A stretch of DNA of 36,216 bases from Callorhinchus milii. Its lineage: Eukaryota. This document shows positions 14,714 to 27,538 of this stretch, in pieces (positions within the stretch are counted from its first letter, which is position 1; each line of letters starts with the position of its first letter). The notes under the pieces are model-generated. The model ran no database searches and had not been told where the DNA came from. It worked only from the letters and a program-made list of their open reading frames with translations. The translations under genes and the position numbers were made by a program. The stretch lies in contig NW_024705533.1 of NCBI RefSeq assembly GCF_018977255.1, positions 1 to 36,216 of the forward strand. The letters are read 5' to 3'.

Positions 14714-15974
14714 CAAAGGGATTCCACCATTCGACTAACAAACGGGTTCCCACTAACCTGGTAAATAGGTTTGTGTGTGTGTGTATGTGTGTGTGTGTGT
14801 GGCGTAAGGAAACATGTCTAAGGTTTCACCGTGTCCCGCCCAGGAATTGGTTCCTTTTGCGAGGCGAGCGCTCTAACCACTGAGCTACGGGATTCTATGA
14901 GTCCATATAAGGCAAGTTGTTGCTTTTGCTCGTTGGTCTGGGCCGGACTAATTCTGCAAAATATTCATAAAAGCTCCACTAATTTCTTCACCGCTCAAAG
15001 GCATGCTTTGTTGATTGCAAAAAGTTGGGAATAATGGAGGCAGAAAAAGAACTTTTAACAGGTTGCCAACAGCATCTGTGAAACACTCAGTGTCGGAATG
15101 ATTCACGAGTTTGTGTTCAATAAGCCAGTTATTGTGACATTGTTCAGCCCACCACATCTAACATAATCATCGGGGTAATCCAATTCAATTTATCACCCAA
15201 ACAATGTGATTGGGAATATTACAAAATAACAGAAGCCACAGGACTATTTTTTCGCTTGCTCCAGTCTGTGTCTTACTGGAAACTTTCTGGCTTTCTCGCC
15301 CACTTTCAGGCGCAAGTCTTATTTACTGATATTATTATAATAATCATGATAAGATAATAATAAGAATAATGCTTGCATTTGATGTCACCCCATTGAGACA
15401 TCGCAAAGCAGGGGAGTGTCCCTCCAGGGAGAGAGGGAGAGAGAGACATCGCAAAGCACATGATTGTATAATCATAATAATAATAATCCTTGCATTTGTT
15501 ACAGCACCTTATCACATCGTCAAGACATCTTCACAGGACACACTGTAAAGTATATTGTTACCAGCCTAATGGGCACAGAATATGCAGCGCTTTGGGACGT
15601 CCTCCCAATATGAATGGCGCTATACAAATGTAATTTGTGGTCGTTTTAAGTGTAGTGACTGTCTATTTTGTGGGCGAAACGCGGCAGCCAAATGTGCATT
15701 GGACTGAGTTCAGAATCTCAACGTGACGTTCAACCTTCAGACTCAAGTTGGCAAGAGGCAAGAGCCCGAGCAACTCGCTGTGCCAGGCGGGATCCTGATA
15801 TCAGGGATTAATTGTTCTGTCAGGTGAGGGATTAGGACTTTGAGGTTTGGCTAAAATCACTTTTAGGGAAATCTGATCTGTTGGTGTATCTGTTGCCTTT
15901 TAGTCTCTCAGTCCTTTGGAATTCTCTCCCCAAATTCCTGCCTCCTATTCCTTCTCTCCTGCTGTTAAAACCTT

Positions 15975-16184
15975 AAGGGATTATTACGCCCAGAAAAGTG
16001 ATCCACCAATTGACTAACAACTGGATTCCTAATCACTGCTTCACTGCTAGGTAAACAGAGCTTGTGTGTGTGGAAAGGAAATTTGCCTTAGGTTTTGTCC
16101 CGACCTGACCCGGCTGGGAATCGAACCCGGGTCCTCTCGCTTGCTTGCGAGGCGAACGCTCTGAACACTGAGCTGCACGACTCC
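15975..16184 (-). mobile_element. SINE 5' half (long subfamily)
   Basis: Reverse-complement A/B boxes (ggaatcgaacc, cactgagct). Confidence 0.85.
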
Positions 16185-17440
16185 ACGTGCGAAGGATCCG
16201 GTGGGGAGAGAGAGAGAGGTGGGGAAGGAGGTGACTGTAAGCACAGTCGAAGAGGAAGGTCTTCAGATGCGATGTGAAGATGGGGAAGAAGGTGGAGGGG
16301 GCAAAAGATTAAGGATAAAGTTAGTGAAAAGAAATAAGAGTTTGTAAGAAGTTAAACGAATATAAAAGTGAGAAGCTTTCTCAGGTTGCAAGCAAATTGC
16401 AAAGAAAAAGTGCAGATAAATGTCTGTAAGCAATATCTCCGAGGGCAATTAACAGGAGTAATGGATTCAAAATCATTCCTTAAACGAGGAACAAATAAGG
16501 CAATCCAATTCCAAGGTAGAAATGAACCCAAATGAACATAAATAGTCTCCAGTAAACACATCTCGAAAAGGTTACTTGTTTTCGTAAGTGCCCGGAGAGG
16601 GGATGTTATCAGATAAAGTCTGTGGTTTTTTGGGGGCAATTATGAACATATCCAAGTATGAAGAAGGGGAATTTAATCACAAGAACTTTTTCTTAGGGCT
16701 CTTTATCGCTCCAAAACATCTCTGCAGTAATTGTTGTCAAGTGAACTGTGTTAGTGTGGGCAAACACAGCCGCCGCTTTGCACAGAGCAAAGTCCCACAA
16801 GAAAAGTTTAGTTTTGACTGTTTTATCGGGGATGATGGTTGACCAGGACATCGTGAGAAAAATCCCTTCTCTTTAGAACAATAATCCTGGCGTTCGGTAG
16901 AGTGCCTTATCGTGTCTTCCAGATGTCTCAAAGCGCTCACAGGATATACTGTAAAGGGTAGTGACTGTATATTTTGCGGGTGAAGTGCGGCAGCCAATCT
17001 TGCACAGCAGCGTCCCACAAACAGTCGTGGGTTGAGTGACGAAATTATTATTGCATTTTTTTAAGCTTTTATTGCCCCCGGAAAGTGATCCACCCGACTA
17101 ACGTGTCATTGCCCCCACCCACCCCCCAAAAAAATCAAGCCTCCGCCAATTGGCTGTCCCGTTTCACCCACAAAACACAAGCTTTGAGACGTCTCGAAGA
17201 CATGATAAGGCGCTGTATCAAATTCAAGGATTATTCTTATTATTCTTATTCAGTCACCCCCGTGAGAAAAGAGGAAATTCTGTTCACTGTGAAAATACGT
17301 TGTGTGCAGTTTTTATATATATCTTGTCAAAAAGATATATATCCTGGCTCGGGCGGAAGTTGAAGGGTTTAAGGTGAAATTCCAGAACCAAGATTAGCAG
17401 CAGTTGATCTTGATGTTGGTTTTGGTTGGCCGGGTGTGTT

Positions 17441-17753
17441 ATAATAATCCTCGCATATGATATAGGGCTTTTCACGTCGGGAGGACGTCCCAAAGCGCTT
17501 CACAGAATATACTGTAAAGTGAATTGACTGTATATTTGTGGGCGAACGCGGCAGCCAATTGCGCACAGCAATGACCCACAAACAGTCGTAGATTGAAAAT
17601 GACCAATTTATTATTGTTTTGGTTTTGGAGGGATTATTATTAGGCTCTGTGTGGAGTAAGGAAACTTGCCCAAGGTTTCGCCCTCTGCCGGGAATTGAAC
17701 TCCGGTCTCTCAGTTGCAAAGCGAGTGCTCTAACCACTGCGCTACAGGACTCC
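17441..17753 (-). mobile_element. tRNA-derived SINE, short young subfamily, full length
   Basis: Near-identical to 23383-23707 and to the reverse complement of 33319-33645. Confidence 0.92.
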
Positions 17754-17942
17754 AATAAAATAACAGGTGTTATTTACGATTGTGCTCAACTCAACTCAAA
17801 TTTGATAATCTCGTAACTTCTGGCTCAGGGACCTGTCAATCTCCAGTGAGGATCAAGGGGTGAGAGAGTGCAAGCCCAAATGGACAGTAATAACAATCCA
17901 ACAGCACCCGATCACGTCGTTGAGACATCTCCAAGCGCTTCT

Positions 17943-20090
17943 AGACTTAAGGATTTGACAGTAGACCAGTAATAGCAAACGTTTAAGGAGATAGTGCAAA
18001 ATTCCCAGCGAGCACGTATTCCTTTGAGGAATAAGAATGCCACAGGAAAGGTGGCCCAACCGTGGCTCACTTGAGCAGTTAGGGACAGTATAAAGTTAAA
18101 GGAAGAAGCCTATAAAACAGCTAAAATGAGTAGTAAACCCGAGGATTGGGAGAACTTTAGGGATCAACAAAGCAGAACCAAAAAAGTGATTAAGAGGGAG
18201 AAAATGGAATATGAGGGCAAACCAGCGAAGAACATAAAGACAGACTGCAAGAGTTTTAATAAGTCTATAAAGAGGAAGAGGCTGTCAAAGGTAAATGTAG
18301 GTCCGTTAGAGGCAGAGACGAGGGGAATTATAGTAGGGGACAAAAACATGGCAGAGTCATTAAACAAGTACTTTGCTACTGTCTTCACCTTAGAAGACAC
18401 TGAAAACCTACCAAGAATAGAGGGGAACCAAGAAGACAATGTGAGTGAGCAACTTGGGGGAATTAATATTAGTAAAGAAATGGTTTTAGGTAAATTGTCA
18501 GGTCTTAAAACTGATAAATCTCCTGGACCTGATGGCCTACATCCTAGGGTTTTAAAAGAGGTGACTACTGAGATAGTGGATGGCTTGTCTTTCATCTTCC
18601 AAAATTCTCTGGATTCTGGAACGGTTCCCATTGATTGAAAGATTGCAAACGTAACACCACTATTTAAGAAGGGTGGGAGAGAGAAGATGGGGAACTATAG
18701 ACCAGTTAGTCTGACATCAGTGGAAGGGAAAATTCTTGAGTCCTTAATTAAGGATGTCATTATGGGATTCCTGGAAGACCATAACAAGATTAGGCAGTCA
18801 ACATGGCTTTACAAAAGGGAAGTCATGCTTCACTAATCCTTTAGAGTTTTTTGAAGATGTATCTGCAGGTTAGAGAGGGGGGAACCAGTAGTATATTTAT
18901 ATTTTAAGACGGCATTTGACAAAGTGCCACACAAAAGGCTATTGCACACGGTTAAGGCCCACGGGATTAATGGGAACATATGAGCATGGATTGAAGAGTG
19001 GCTAACGGGTAGAAAACAGAGAGTAGGGATAAACGGGTCATTCTCGAATTGGCAGAATGTGACTAGTGGAGCGCCACAAGGATCAGTGTTTGGGCCTCAG
19101 CTATTTACAATTTACATCAATGATCGACACGAGGACATTGAATGTAACGTATCTAAATTCGCGGATGACACTAAACTCGGTGGGAGAGTGAGCTCTGAGG
19201 ATGATGCAAAAAGATTGCAACGGGTTATAGACACTCCCTCGGGGAGTGGGCGAGGAGGTGGCAGATGGAGTTTAATGTGGGGATGTGTGAAGTTATTCAC
19301 CTCGGTGGCAAAAATAGAAAAGCAGATTATTTTCTAGAGGGGGAGAGATTAGACAGTGTCAGTGTTCAGAGGGATTGGGGTGTCCTCGTACACCAGTCTC
19401 CAAAAGTTAGTTTGCAGTGCAGCAGCAACTGAGAAGGCGAACGGCAGTTAGTGTTCATTGCAAAAGGTTTAGGGTACAAGAGTGGGGAAGTCTGACTGCA
19501 ACTGTATAGGGCTTTGGTGAGACCGCACCGAGAGTATTGGGTGCATTGTTGGTCTCCTTATTTAAAAAAGGACATACTTGCCCTCGAGGGGGTGCGGCGT
19601 AGATTCACTCGGTTAGTTCCTGGGATGAGGGGACTGACCTATGAGGAGAGGCTGAATAAACTGGGGCTGTATTCTCTATAGAGTGCAGAAGAATTAGGGG
19701 GATCTTATTGAAACTTATACGATTCTTAAAGGGCTGATAAAGTAGACACTGAGGGTCTGTTTCCCCGGTGGGAGAATCTATAACCGGGGTCACAGTCTGA
19801 AAAATAAGGGTCAGTCTTTGAGAACAGAGTTGAGGAAACATTTCTTCACTCAGAGGGCAGTGAATTTATGGACTTCACTGCCCCAGAAGGGCTGTCGATG
19901 CTCAGTCCTTGAACATCTTCAAGGCTGAGACTGATAGATTTTTTAAAAATAGAGGGATTGGGGGATATGGGGAGAGAGCGGGTAATTAGAGTCAGGTCTG
20001 AAGATCAGCCGTGATCTTATGGAATGGCGGGGCACAGGCTCGAGGGGCCGAATGGCCCACTCCTGCTCCTAATTCTTATGTTCTTATGTT
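17943..20090 (+). mobile_element. 5'-truncated CR1 LINE with a decayed ORF2 reverse transcriptase
   Basis: KSPGPDGLHPRVLKE, D*KIANVTPLFKKG (W to stop at 18636), NYRPVSLTSV, GAPQGSVFGPQLF, KFADDTKLGG; several frameshifts; 3' ggggccgaatggccc hairpin and (TTCTTATG)n tail. Confidence 0.95.
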
Positions 20091-20434
20091 CTTCTCAGGA
20101 TACACTATAAAGTACAGTGACTGTGTATTTTGTGGGTGAAATGCGGCAGGCAATTGAGCACAGCGACGCCCCCACAAACAGTCATGGATCGAGTGGACAC
20201 ATTTTTTTTATTTTTGTTTATTAACCCCGGAAAGGCGATCCGCAAATCGACTAACAACCAGATTCCGACTTACTGCTAAGATAAACAGAGGCGTGTGTGT
20301 GTCTGTGTCTGTGTGTGTGTGTGTGGAGTAAGGAAACTTGCCTAAGGTTTTGCCCTGACCTGTCCTGCCAGGGAATTGAACCCAGAACTTCTCGCTTGCG
20401 AGGCGAGCATTCTAACCACTACACTGCAGGACTC
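20091..20434 (-). mobile_element. Long-subfamily SINE split by the CR1 insertion (remainder at about 17887-17942)
   Basis: The SINE consensus continues across the CR1: ...aagcgCTTCT[CR1]CTTCTcaggatacact... Confidence 0.88.
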
Positions 20435-20545
20435 GGTTAGAGTAGAGAGCTCCAGTGCGGGAGCGAGCACCAGCACAGACACGATTGCGGGGGGTAGAGA
20501 GAGAGAGAAAGAGAGACAGCAGGGAATGGGATTAGAGTAGAGTGG

Positions 20546-20663
20546 GCGTTCGCCCACAAATATACAGTCAATTCACTTTACAGTGTGTTCTGTGAAGCGC
20601 TTTGGGACGTCCTCCCGACGTGAAAAGCGCTATATCAAATGCAAGGATTATTATTATTATTAG
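20546..20663 (+). mobile_element. SINE 3' half (young subfamily) with an 11-bp flanking duplication
   Basis: Matches 1336-1450; ATTAGAGTAGA at 20531-20541 and 20665-20675. Confidence 0.88.
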
Positions 20664-21129
20664 TATTAGAGTAGACAGCTCCCCCAATGTTCGAAAAGTA
20701 CTGTGTTGCCAAACAAACTCCTCCATGGAAAGATAGCACGCGAGATAGGGTGGGCATTTAATGTGACAATGTGATTCACTCAGCAATCTGAGCACAGAGG
20801 AAAGGGTTATTAATCAGTGTTAATGGATGGCTGGCGGTTTTCACCAGGGGCTTAGAGCAGGAGACTGGGTCATTGCAGATGCTTTGAAGTAGTCTATAAA
20901 CCCCACTGAGTCTAAATGCAGTGCTCTGTGTTAACAGGAAACTGTATTGATAGTGCAATGAATGAGCAGGGAGGCCCACAATGTAAAATTGCACCCAGTA
21001 AAATTCTCACGTAAAGCTTTGAGGTGGAGCGCCATGGCGTAGTGGTTGGAGCGTTCACCTCACAGGCAAGCGAGAGGACCCGAGTTTGATTATTATTATT
21101 ATTATTATTCTACATGAGTTTTTACAGTT

Positions 21130-22035
21130 CAACAACAATAACAACCTCAACAAAATTACATTTATAGAGCGCCTTTCATGTCGCGAGGACGTCCCAAGGC
21201 GCTGGACAGTCAGGTCAGGATCCAATTTTTGGAGGGGTGGGGCTGGTGGGCTAGTGATGAGGGGTGGGAGGGCGACTGAAGGCACAATCAAAGAGGAGGG
21301 TCTTGAGACCGGCCTTGAAGGAGGCGAGGGAGGAAGCGAGTTGGAGGGACTGTGGGATGGAGTTCCAGAGTGTGGCGGCTGAGAGGCTGAAAGCCCGGCC
21401 ACCGATGGTAGGGGTGGGTCGGGCGGGAAACATGGAGCAGGTCGGAGCCCGATGAGCAGAGGTTGGTAGGGAGTCAGCAGGTCAGAGAGGGAGGAGGGAC
21501 AAGGCCATGGATGGCCTTGAAAGTGAGGAAGAGGATCTTGACTCGATCCTCTGGGGGATGGGGAGCCGGTGGAGTCGGGCGAGGGTGGGAGCGATGGGGT
21601 CGGGCGAGGGTGATGGGGTCGGGCGAGGGTGGGAGTGATGGGGTCGGGCGAGGGTGGGAGTGATGGGGTCGGGCGAGGGTGGGAGTGATGGGGTCGGGCG
21701 AGGGTGGGAGTGATGGGGTCGCGGAGCCCGGTGTGTGAGAGTACACGAGCTGCAGAGTTGTGGATGATCTGCAGGTTGTGAAGGGAAGAGTTGTGAAGCC
21801 GATGAGGAGGGAGTTCCCTTAATCGAGCCTTGAGGTGACGGATGTGTGGGTGAGGGTTTGGGGGCTGAGGGGTGAGGCAGTGGCAGTGGCAGTGGAGTCC
21901 AGCGATGTTGCGCAGGTGGTGGTAGGCAGTGCCGGTCGTGGCGCGGATGTGGGGGAGAAAGGACAGTTCAGGGTCAAACAAGACCCCCAGGTTCCTGACC
22001 GGCTCAGTGAGGTTGAGAGTGCAGCCGTGGAGGCT
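21130..22035 (-). mobile_element. L2 LINE 3' fragment (decayed)
   Basis: FDPELSFLPHIRATTGTAYHHLRNIA...[17 protein letters not shown]...FKAGLKTLLF; (GTT)n tail. Confidence 0.9.
21571..21720 (+). repeat. 25-bp G-rich minisatellite (about 6 units) expanded inside the L2
   Basis: Unit ggggtcgggcgagggtgggagtgat. Confidence 0.9.
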
Positions 22036-22538
22036 GACGTTGCCAGCGCCTGAGGTGCGGAGACGCTGGAGCTGGCGCGAGTGTAATGTGATAAGATGTC
22101 AGCAACAACATTTATACAGTGCCCTTCACGCGGGGTAGAGTCTCAGAGCGCTTAAGGATTGTGTGAGGGTGTGTGTATATCCCATGAAGCGCTTTGAGAC
22201 ATCTCGAAGACATGATAAGACGTGGTATGAAAACACAGGGATTATTATTATTCTGTGTGTGAGGAATGTGACAAATACGCTGCCTCCTAGAGGGTTAACC
22301 TTTGGCACGTGCCCATCTTACTCGCTGTCTCAAGGGGCAAATCGTTAACAAACTACGATCAAAGTCCATTAATATAATAAGCTCCAGACCCCAGTGAACC
22401 CAGCGTTATTGATCCATAAATAATGAATTGTCATTGACATGAAACAACTGAGGAAATGTGACGTAAACGCAGGAGCGGATCTGAAACTCACTGACCCGCT
22501 GTTTCCTTTAGAGTGTGAGTGTCCAACTACAGCTTCTC

Positions 22539-22573
<35 letters not shown>

Positions 22574-22640
22574 AAGGGGGAACACTGTGCCATCTGTCCG
22601 CTGTCACCAAACTGGCTTCACTGTAAATCCCAATTAATAT

Positions 22641-22901
22641 TAATAATAATAATAATCCTGGCATTTGACGCACAGCCTTATCACGTCGTTGAGATGTCAC
22701 AGGATACGCAGCAAAGTGGAGTGACTGTACATTTTGTGGGTGAAACCCGGCAGCCAATTGCACACAGCAGCGTCCCACAGACAGTCGTGGATTGAGTGAC
22801 CACATTATTATTATTATTATTTTTATGAGGGATTATGAAACCCCGGAAAGTGATCTACCAGTCGACTATAAACGTTCCTACTTACTGTTTGGTAAACAGC
22901 G

Positions 22902-22932
<31 letters not shown>

Positions 22933-23030
22933 GAGTAAGGAAACTTGCCTAAGGTTTCACCCTGACCTGACCCGCCCGGGAATCGAACCCCGGTCCTCTC
23001 GCTTGTGAGGTGAACGCGTGAACCTACTAT
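22641..23030 (-). mobile_element. tRNA-derived SINE, long subfamily
   Basis: Reverse-complement tail, body, (TG)n and B-box. Confidence 0.9.
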
Positions 23031-23382
23031 TATTATTATTCATCCATTGAGCAGCAATTGAAGACTTGTCAGCCTGGCTCGGTCGGTCGCGCTCAGAGAG
23101 CCCGGAGAAACCCTACAAGGTGGATTTTGACCTAACCGCCGAGCTCGACACGGTGCAGAGCTGTGGGGGTTGGGGTTGGGGTGGGGGGAAGCTATGCATC
23201 GGTGACAGCAGCATTTATCAGTTGAGACATCAAACTGTATTCCCCTTTTCTCCCATTCAGGCTGTTGTGAAATAACTTGTGACATTAAAAAAAAGAGAAG
23301 GGAGTTTTTCTCTCTCCTGATGTCCTGACCGACAATCCTTAACCCCCCACTCCTCCCACCCCCAGATAATTGGTCGCTCATT

Positions 23383-23707
23383 TAATAATAATAATAATAA
23401 TAATCGTCGCATTTGATATAGCGCTTTTCACGTCGGGAGGACGTCCCAAAGCGCTTCACAGAACACACTGTAAAGTGAATTGACTGTATATTTGTGGGCG
23501 AACGCGGCAGCCAATTGCGCACAGCAATGTCCCACAAACAGTCGTAGATTGAAAATGACTAATTTATTATTGTTTGGTTTTGGAGGATTATTATTAGGCT
23601 CTGTGTGGAGTAAGGAAACTTGCCCAAGGTTTCGCTCTCTGCCTGGAATTGAACTCAGGTCTCTCACTCGCACAGCGAGTGCTCTAACCACTGAGCTACA
23701 GGACTCC
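23383..23707 (-). mobile_element. tRNA-derived SINE, short young subfamily, full length
   Basis: A-box tagctcagtgg and B-box gttcaattcc on -. Confidence 0.92.
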
Positions 23708-23972
23708 ACCTTCAAGGCTTTTATGGGCTTTGGGCTGAGTTTGAAATTACCACCACATTAACCTACAAAATAGACAGTCACTATCTGACTGTCATCTCCT
23801 TTGACTCACGTTGAAACATTTTGAGGTTATACATATTACTGAAACACAAGATCATTGCGATGTTATAAGTGGGAGACAATATACAAACAGGAAGTCTAGG
23901 TTCCTGTTTTCGAATCCCCTCTCTCGCCCGCTCTGTGGGTGTTTAAACTCAAGGCCTAAGATTACAGGAGGT

Positions 23973-24373
23973 TAGAGGGTAGTGGTTAGAGCGCTCGTCT
24001 CGCAAGCGATCGAGAAGAGCCGGGTTCGATTCCCGGGCGGGACAAGTCAGGGCGAAACTATAGGTAAGTTTCCTCACTCCACACACAAACACACCCCTGT
24101 TTACCTGGCAATGAGCGGGAACCTGCTTGTTAGTCGATTGGTGGATCGCTTTAATAGGGTAATAATCCGTCCAGAAAAAATAATAATAATAATGAGGTCA
24201 CTCAATCCACGACTGTCTGTGGGACGCTGCTGTGAGCAATTGGCTGCCGCGTTTTTCCTGCAAAATATACCGTCAATTCACTTTACAGCGTATCCTGCGA
24301 AGCGCTGAGAGCCGTCTGGATGACGTGATAAGGCATTGTGTCAAATGCAGTTATTATTACTACTACTATTATT
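23973..24373 (+). mobile_element. tRNA-derived SINE, long subfamily
   Basis: A/B boxes, body, tail. Confidence 0.9.
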
Positions 24374-24949
24374 AGCAGACAGACACAAGAGCGGGACCAT
24401 TCCACGTAACTACGACATCGACCTTGTCAGATAAGATCTGTGCTGAACTCTGACTCAATCACAAATGTTCCACGGAACAAATTGAACCCAGATTGTCCAT
24501 TCTGCGGCAAGTGTTGTGCCTCTGCCTCCGCTGACCCATGTGGCTTTCATTAGTGCGCTCCCTGCCAGACGCTGAAGGAAAGTATTCAGCGCGCTGGCTT
24601 GTCTGCAGACTTGCCTGAAGACCTTCCTCTTTGACCGTGCCTAAGGTCACCCCCCCACCCCCCCAGCTCAGCGTCGTGCTCCGCCCAAGTGTTCTGGGAC
24701 CCCACCCTGTGTGAGGGGCGCTGTGTAAATGCAAGTTGTTGTTGTTATTGAACTTTTGTTGTTGAATGTTCTTTGAGAACCTCCTTCTTTAATACAGGCT
24801 CCAGGTTACCGAGTGCCTCGGCCCAGTGGGGGGATGGAACCAAACCAGAGACTGGTTGGAGCTTCCTAACAAGGGTGTGGCACTCTCGCGCTCTCTCCCC
24901 TCTCTCTCACTCTTCTCATCCTGCAAAACCCACCCTTTGAGCCTTGTGC

Positions 24950-25375
24950 AGTCCCTGTATCTCAGGGGTTAGACCCCTCGCCTCGCAAGCGAGAGGACCC
25001 AGGTTTGATTCCCGGGCAGGTCAGGGCAATACCATAGGCAAGTTTCCTCCCCCCCCCCACCCTGCACACACACACACGCACACGCACACACACGCACACA
25101 CAGACACACGCCTCTGTTTACCAGCAGTTAGTAGGAATCCGCTTGTTAGTCAATTGACAGATCGTTTTCCAGGGATCATAATCCCTTCCAAAATAATAAT
25201 TCGGTCACTCAGGTCTGTTTGTGGGACACTGCCGAGCGCAATTTGCTGCTGTGTTTCACCCACAAAATACACAGTCACTGCACTTTACAGTGTATCCTGT
25301 GAAGCTCTTTAAGACCTGATAATGATAAGGCGCTGTATCAAATGCAAGGATTATTATTGTTATTATTATATTATT
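24950..25375 (+). mobile_element. tRNA-derived SINE, long subfamily
   Basis: Head, (CA)n, body, tail. Confidence 0.88.
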
Positions 25376-25769
25376 TTTAAAGGTAGAGTGGGAGGCCGAA
25401 CTGTTGATGGATGAGTGTGTGTGGGAGGGGGAATGGGGGTGTAAGGGAGGGAGTGAGGGGGGTGTAGAAAAGTCAAGGGGACGTGATCAAAGACGCAGCC
25501 AAAAAAAAGATAAAAAAAGAAATCCAGACAGTTCTTTCCGTTTGGGATTGGATAGCGTTTTTAATGACATAATTACACAGCTTGTAACACAGGGAATAAA
25601 TAGTCCAAGCGCTCCACACAAGGAACTGATGGATGGAGGCTGAGGTTAGAGGCACCATGTTACCAGAACTGACTGAAACTCTTCCAAAAACTATTCCATG
25701 TTCTTCCACAGAGCTTGGCTCAATCGCTCGCACTCACTTTCCTCTTGAGTCAGAAGGTTGTGGAGTTCG

Positions 25770-26375
25770 AAATCCTCGTCCTTGCCTTCAAAGCCCTCCC
25801 TCCACGGCCTCGCTCCTCCCTACCTCTGTGACCTGCTAACTCCATACCAACCTGTCCGCTCCCTCCAATTAGCGGGCTCCGGCCTGCTCCACGTCCCCCT
25901 CCCAGCCCAGCCCCGCCCCACCGACCATCGGCGGTCGGGCCTTCAGCCTCTCTGCGTCCACCTTTTGGAACTCCATCCCACAGTCCCTTCGCCTCACTCC
26001 CTCGCTCGCCTCCTTCAAGGCCCATCTCACGAGCCTCCTCTTCCACCAATCGTGAGTTCGGTCACCCTCCTACGCCAACCCTCCCCATCCTCCACCCTCC
26101 TGATGCCAACCCCCGGCTCGGGTCCAAATCCCTGACTGCAGCACCTTTGGACGAAGGTGCAGTTGGTCGAAAAGGAAGGTCTTGAAGGAGGCAAGGGAGG
26201 GGGCGAGGTGGAGGGATGGAGTTCCAAAGGATGGGGGCAGAGAGACTGATGTTGGGACGAGGCAGACTTGGAGAAGGCCAGAACCCGCTGAGCAGAGGGA
26301 GTGGACAGGTTGATATGGAGTTAGCAGGTCACGGAGGTAGGGAGGAGCAAGGCCATGGAGGGCTTTGAAGGCAAT
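25770..26375. mobile_element. Two L2 3' fragments in tail-to-tail inverted orientation (+ 25770-26150; - 26150-26375)
   Basis: LHGLAPPYLCDLLTPYQPVRSL on +; FKALHGLAPPYLRDLLTPYQPVHSL on -. Confidence 0.85.
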
Positions 26376-26782
26376 GTTGTATAACAATATCTATTAAAGC
26401 AAATAAGTTAACCTCGAACCGCGTGTTCTGAATCAAAATGGCCAAGAGATCTGGCTAGGTAAGGAGGAAGAGTTCAAGTAAATTGGATTGAATTGATTTG
26501 GACTGTTTGAGGGACACTGCTGTGCGTAATTGATTGTCGCATTTCACCCACAAAATACACAGTCATTAGACTTTACATTATATTCTGTGAAGCGCTTTGA
26601 GACGTCTCTATATATATATACACACACAAGGATGGTTATTATTAGTATTATTCGTGGCATGAATCGGATTTGGAATCAATTGGGTTGAATTGGGATCGGG
26701 ATAGATTGGGAGGCTGGTCAAATGATTCCAGTTCCTGTGCTATTCTCTGAGGAGATTTGCCTCATAAGTACTGGGACACTCC

Positions 26783-27210
26783 TCATAGAATCTTACAGCA
26801 CAGAAGGAGGCCAGAAAGAGCTACCAACTAGCTCCAATCCCCCGCTCTTACCCCCACTAATCCCACTCCCCCGTTCTTACCCTCACTAGCCCTATTCTTA
26901 CCTCATAGCCCTACACATTTTTCCTTTTCCCTATCCAATTCCATTTTGAAAGCTACTATCAAATCTGCTTCCACAATCCTTTCCAGACCATAACAACTCT
27001 CTGGGTAAAAAAAAGTCACCTTGTCTGATCTCCCCTCTGGTTCTTTTGCCAATTATCTTACATCTGTGTCCACCCGCCCGCCAGAGGACAAGGTTTCTCC
27101 CCTCTACTCGATCAAAACCCCTCATAATTTTGAACACCTCTATTAAATCTCCTCTCAACCTCCTCTGCTTTAAGGAGCACAATCCCAGCTTCTCTGGTCT
27201 CGCCACATCC
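26783..27210 (-). mobile_element. CR1 LINE 3' fragment (same family as 12594-13122)
   Basis: LGLCSLKQRRLRGDLIEVFKIMRGFDRV on -; attctatga tail. Confidence 0.88.
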
Positions 27211-27269
27211 CTCATCAATGGTATCATTCTGATTAGAATTGAGCGGGTAGATTAAGGTCTAAACTAGAC

Positions 27270-27538
27270 CTTTAGCCTCTCTGCTCCCACCCTTTGGAAC
27301 TCCATCCAACAGTCTCTCTGCCTCCCTCCCTCCCTCCCTCCCTCGCCTCCTTCAAGGCCCATCTCAAGACCCTCCTCTTCAACCAACCGCACCTTCAGTC
27401 ACTCTCCTACCCCACCCTCCTTGCCCTCCACCCCCTGATCCCAACCTCCAAGCTAGCATTGAAATCCCTGACTGTCCAGCGCCTTGAGACATCCTCCCGA
27501 CGTGAAAGGTGCCGTGTAAATGTCATCTGTTGTTGTTG
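27270..27538 (+). mobile_element. L2 3' end
   Basis: SLASFKAHLKTLLF, tail gtgaaaggtgccgtgtaaatg, (TTG)n. Confidence 0.8.

Noticed and set aside
16263..16700. A-rich stretch with short minus-strand ORFs, possibly an old LINE 3' end
   Set aside because: Too degraded to assign any motif with confidence.
18126..19337. Possible functional reverse transcriptase
   Set aside because: The CR1 is 5'-truncated with in-frame stops and frameshifts.
22255..22480. HNF4-like CAAAGTCCA and AT-rich motifs in unique sequence
   Set aside because: Isolated short motifs without independent support.
23041..23180. CpG-rich stretch reading AAIEDLSAWLGRSRSESPEKPYKVDFDLTAELDT, a possible exon
   Set aside because: No convincing acceptor/donor pair and no protein family I recognise; a BLASTX search would settle it.
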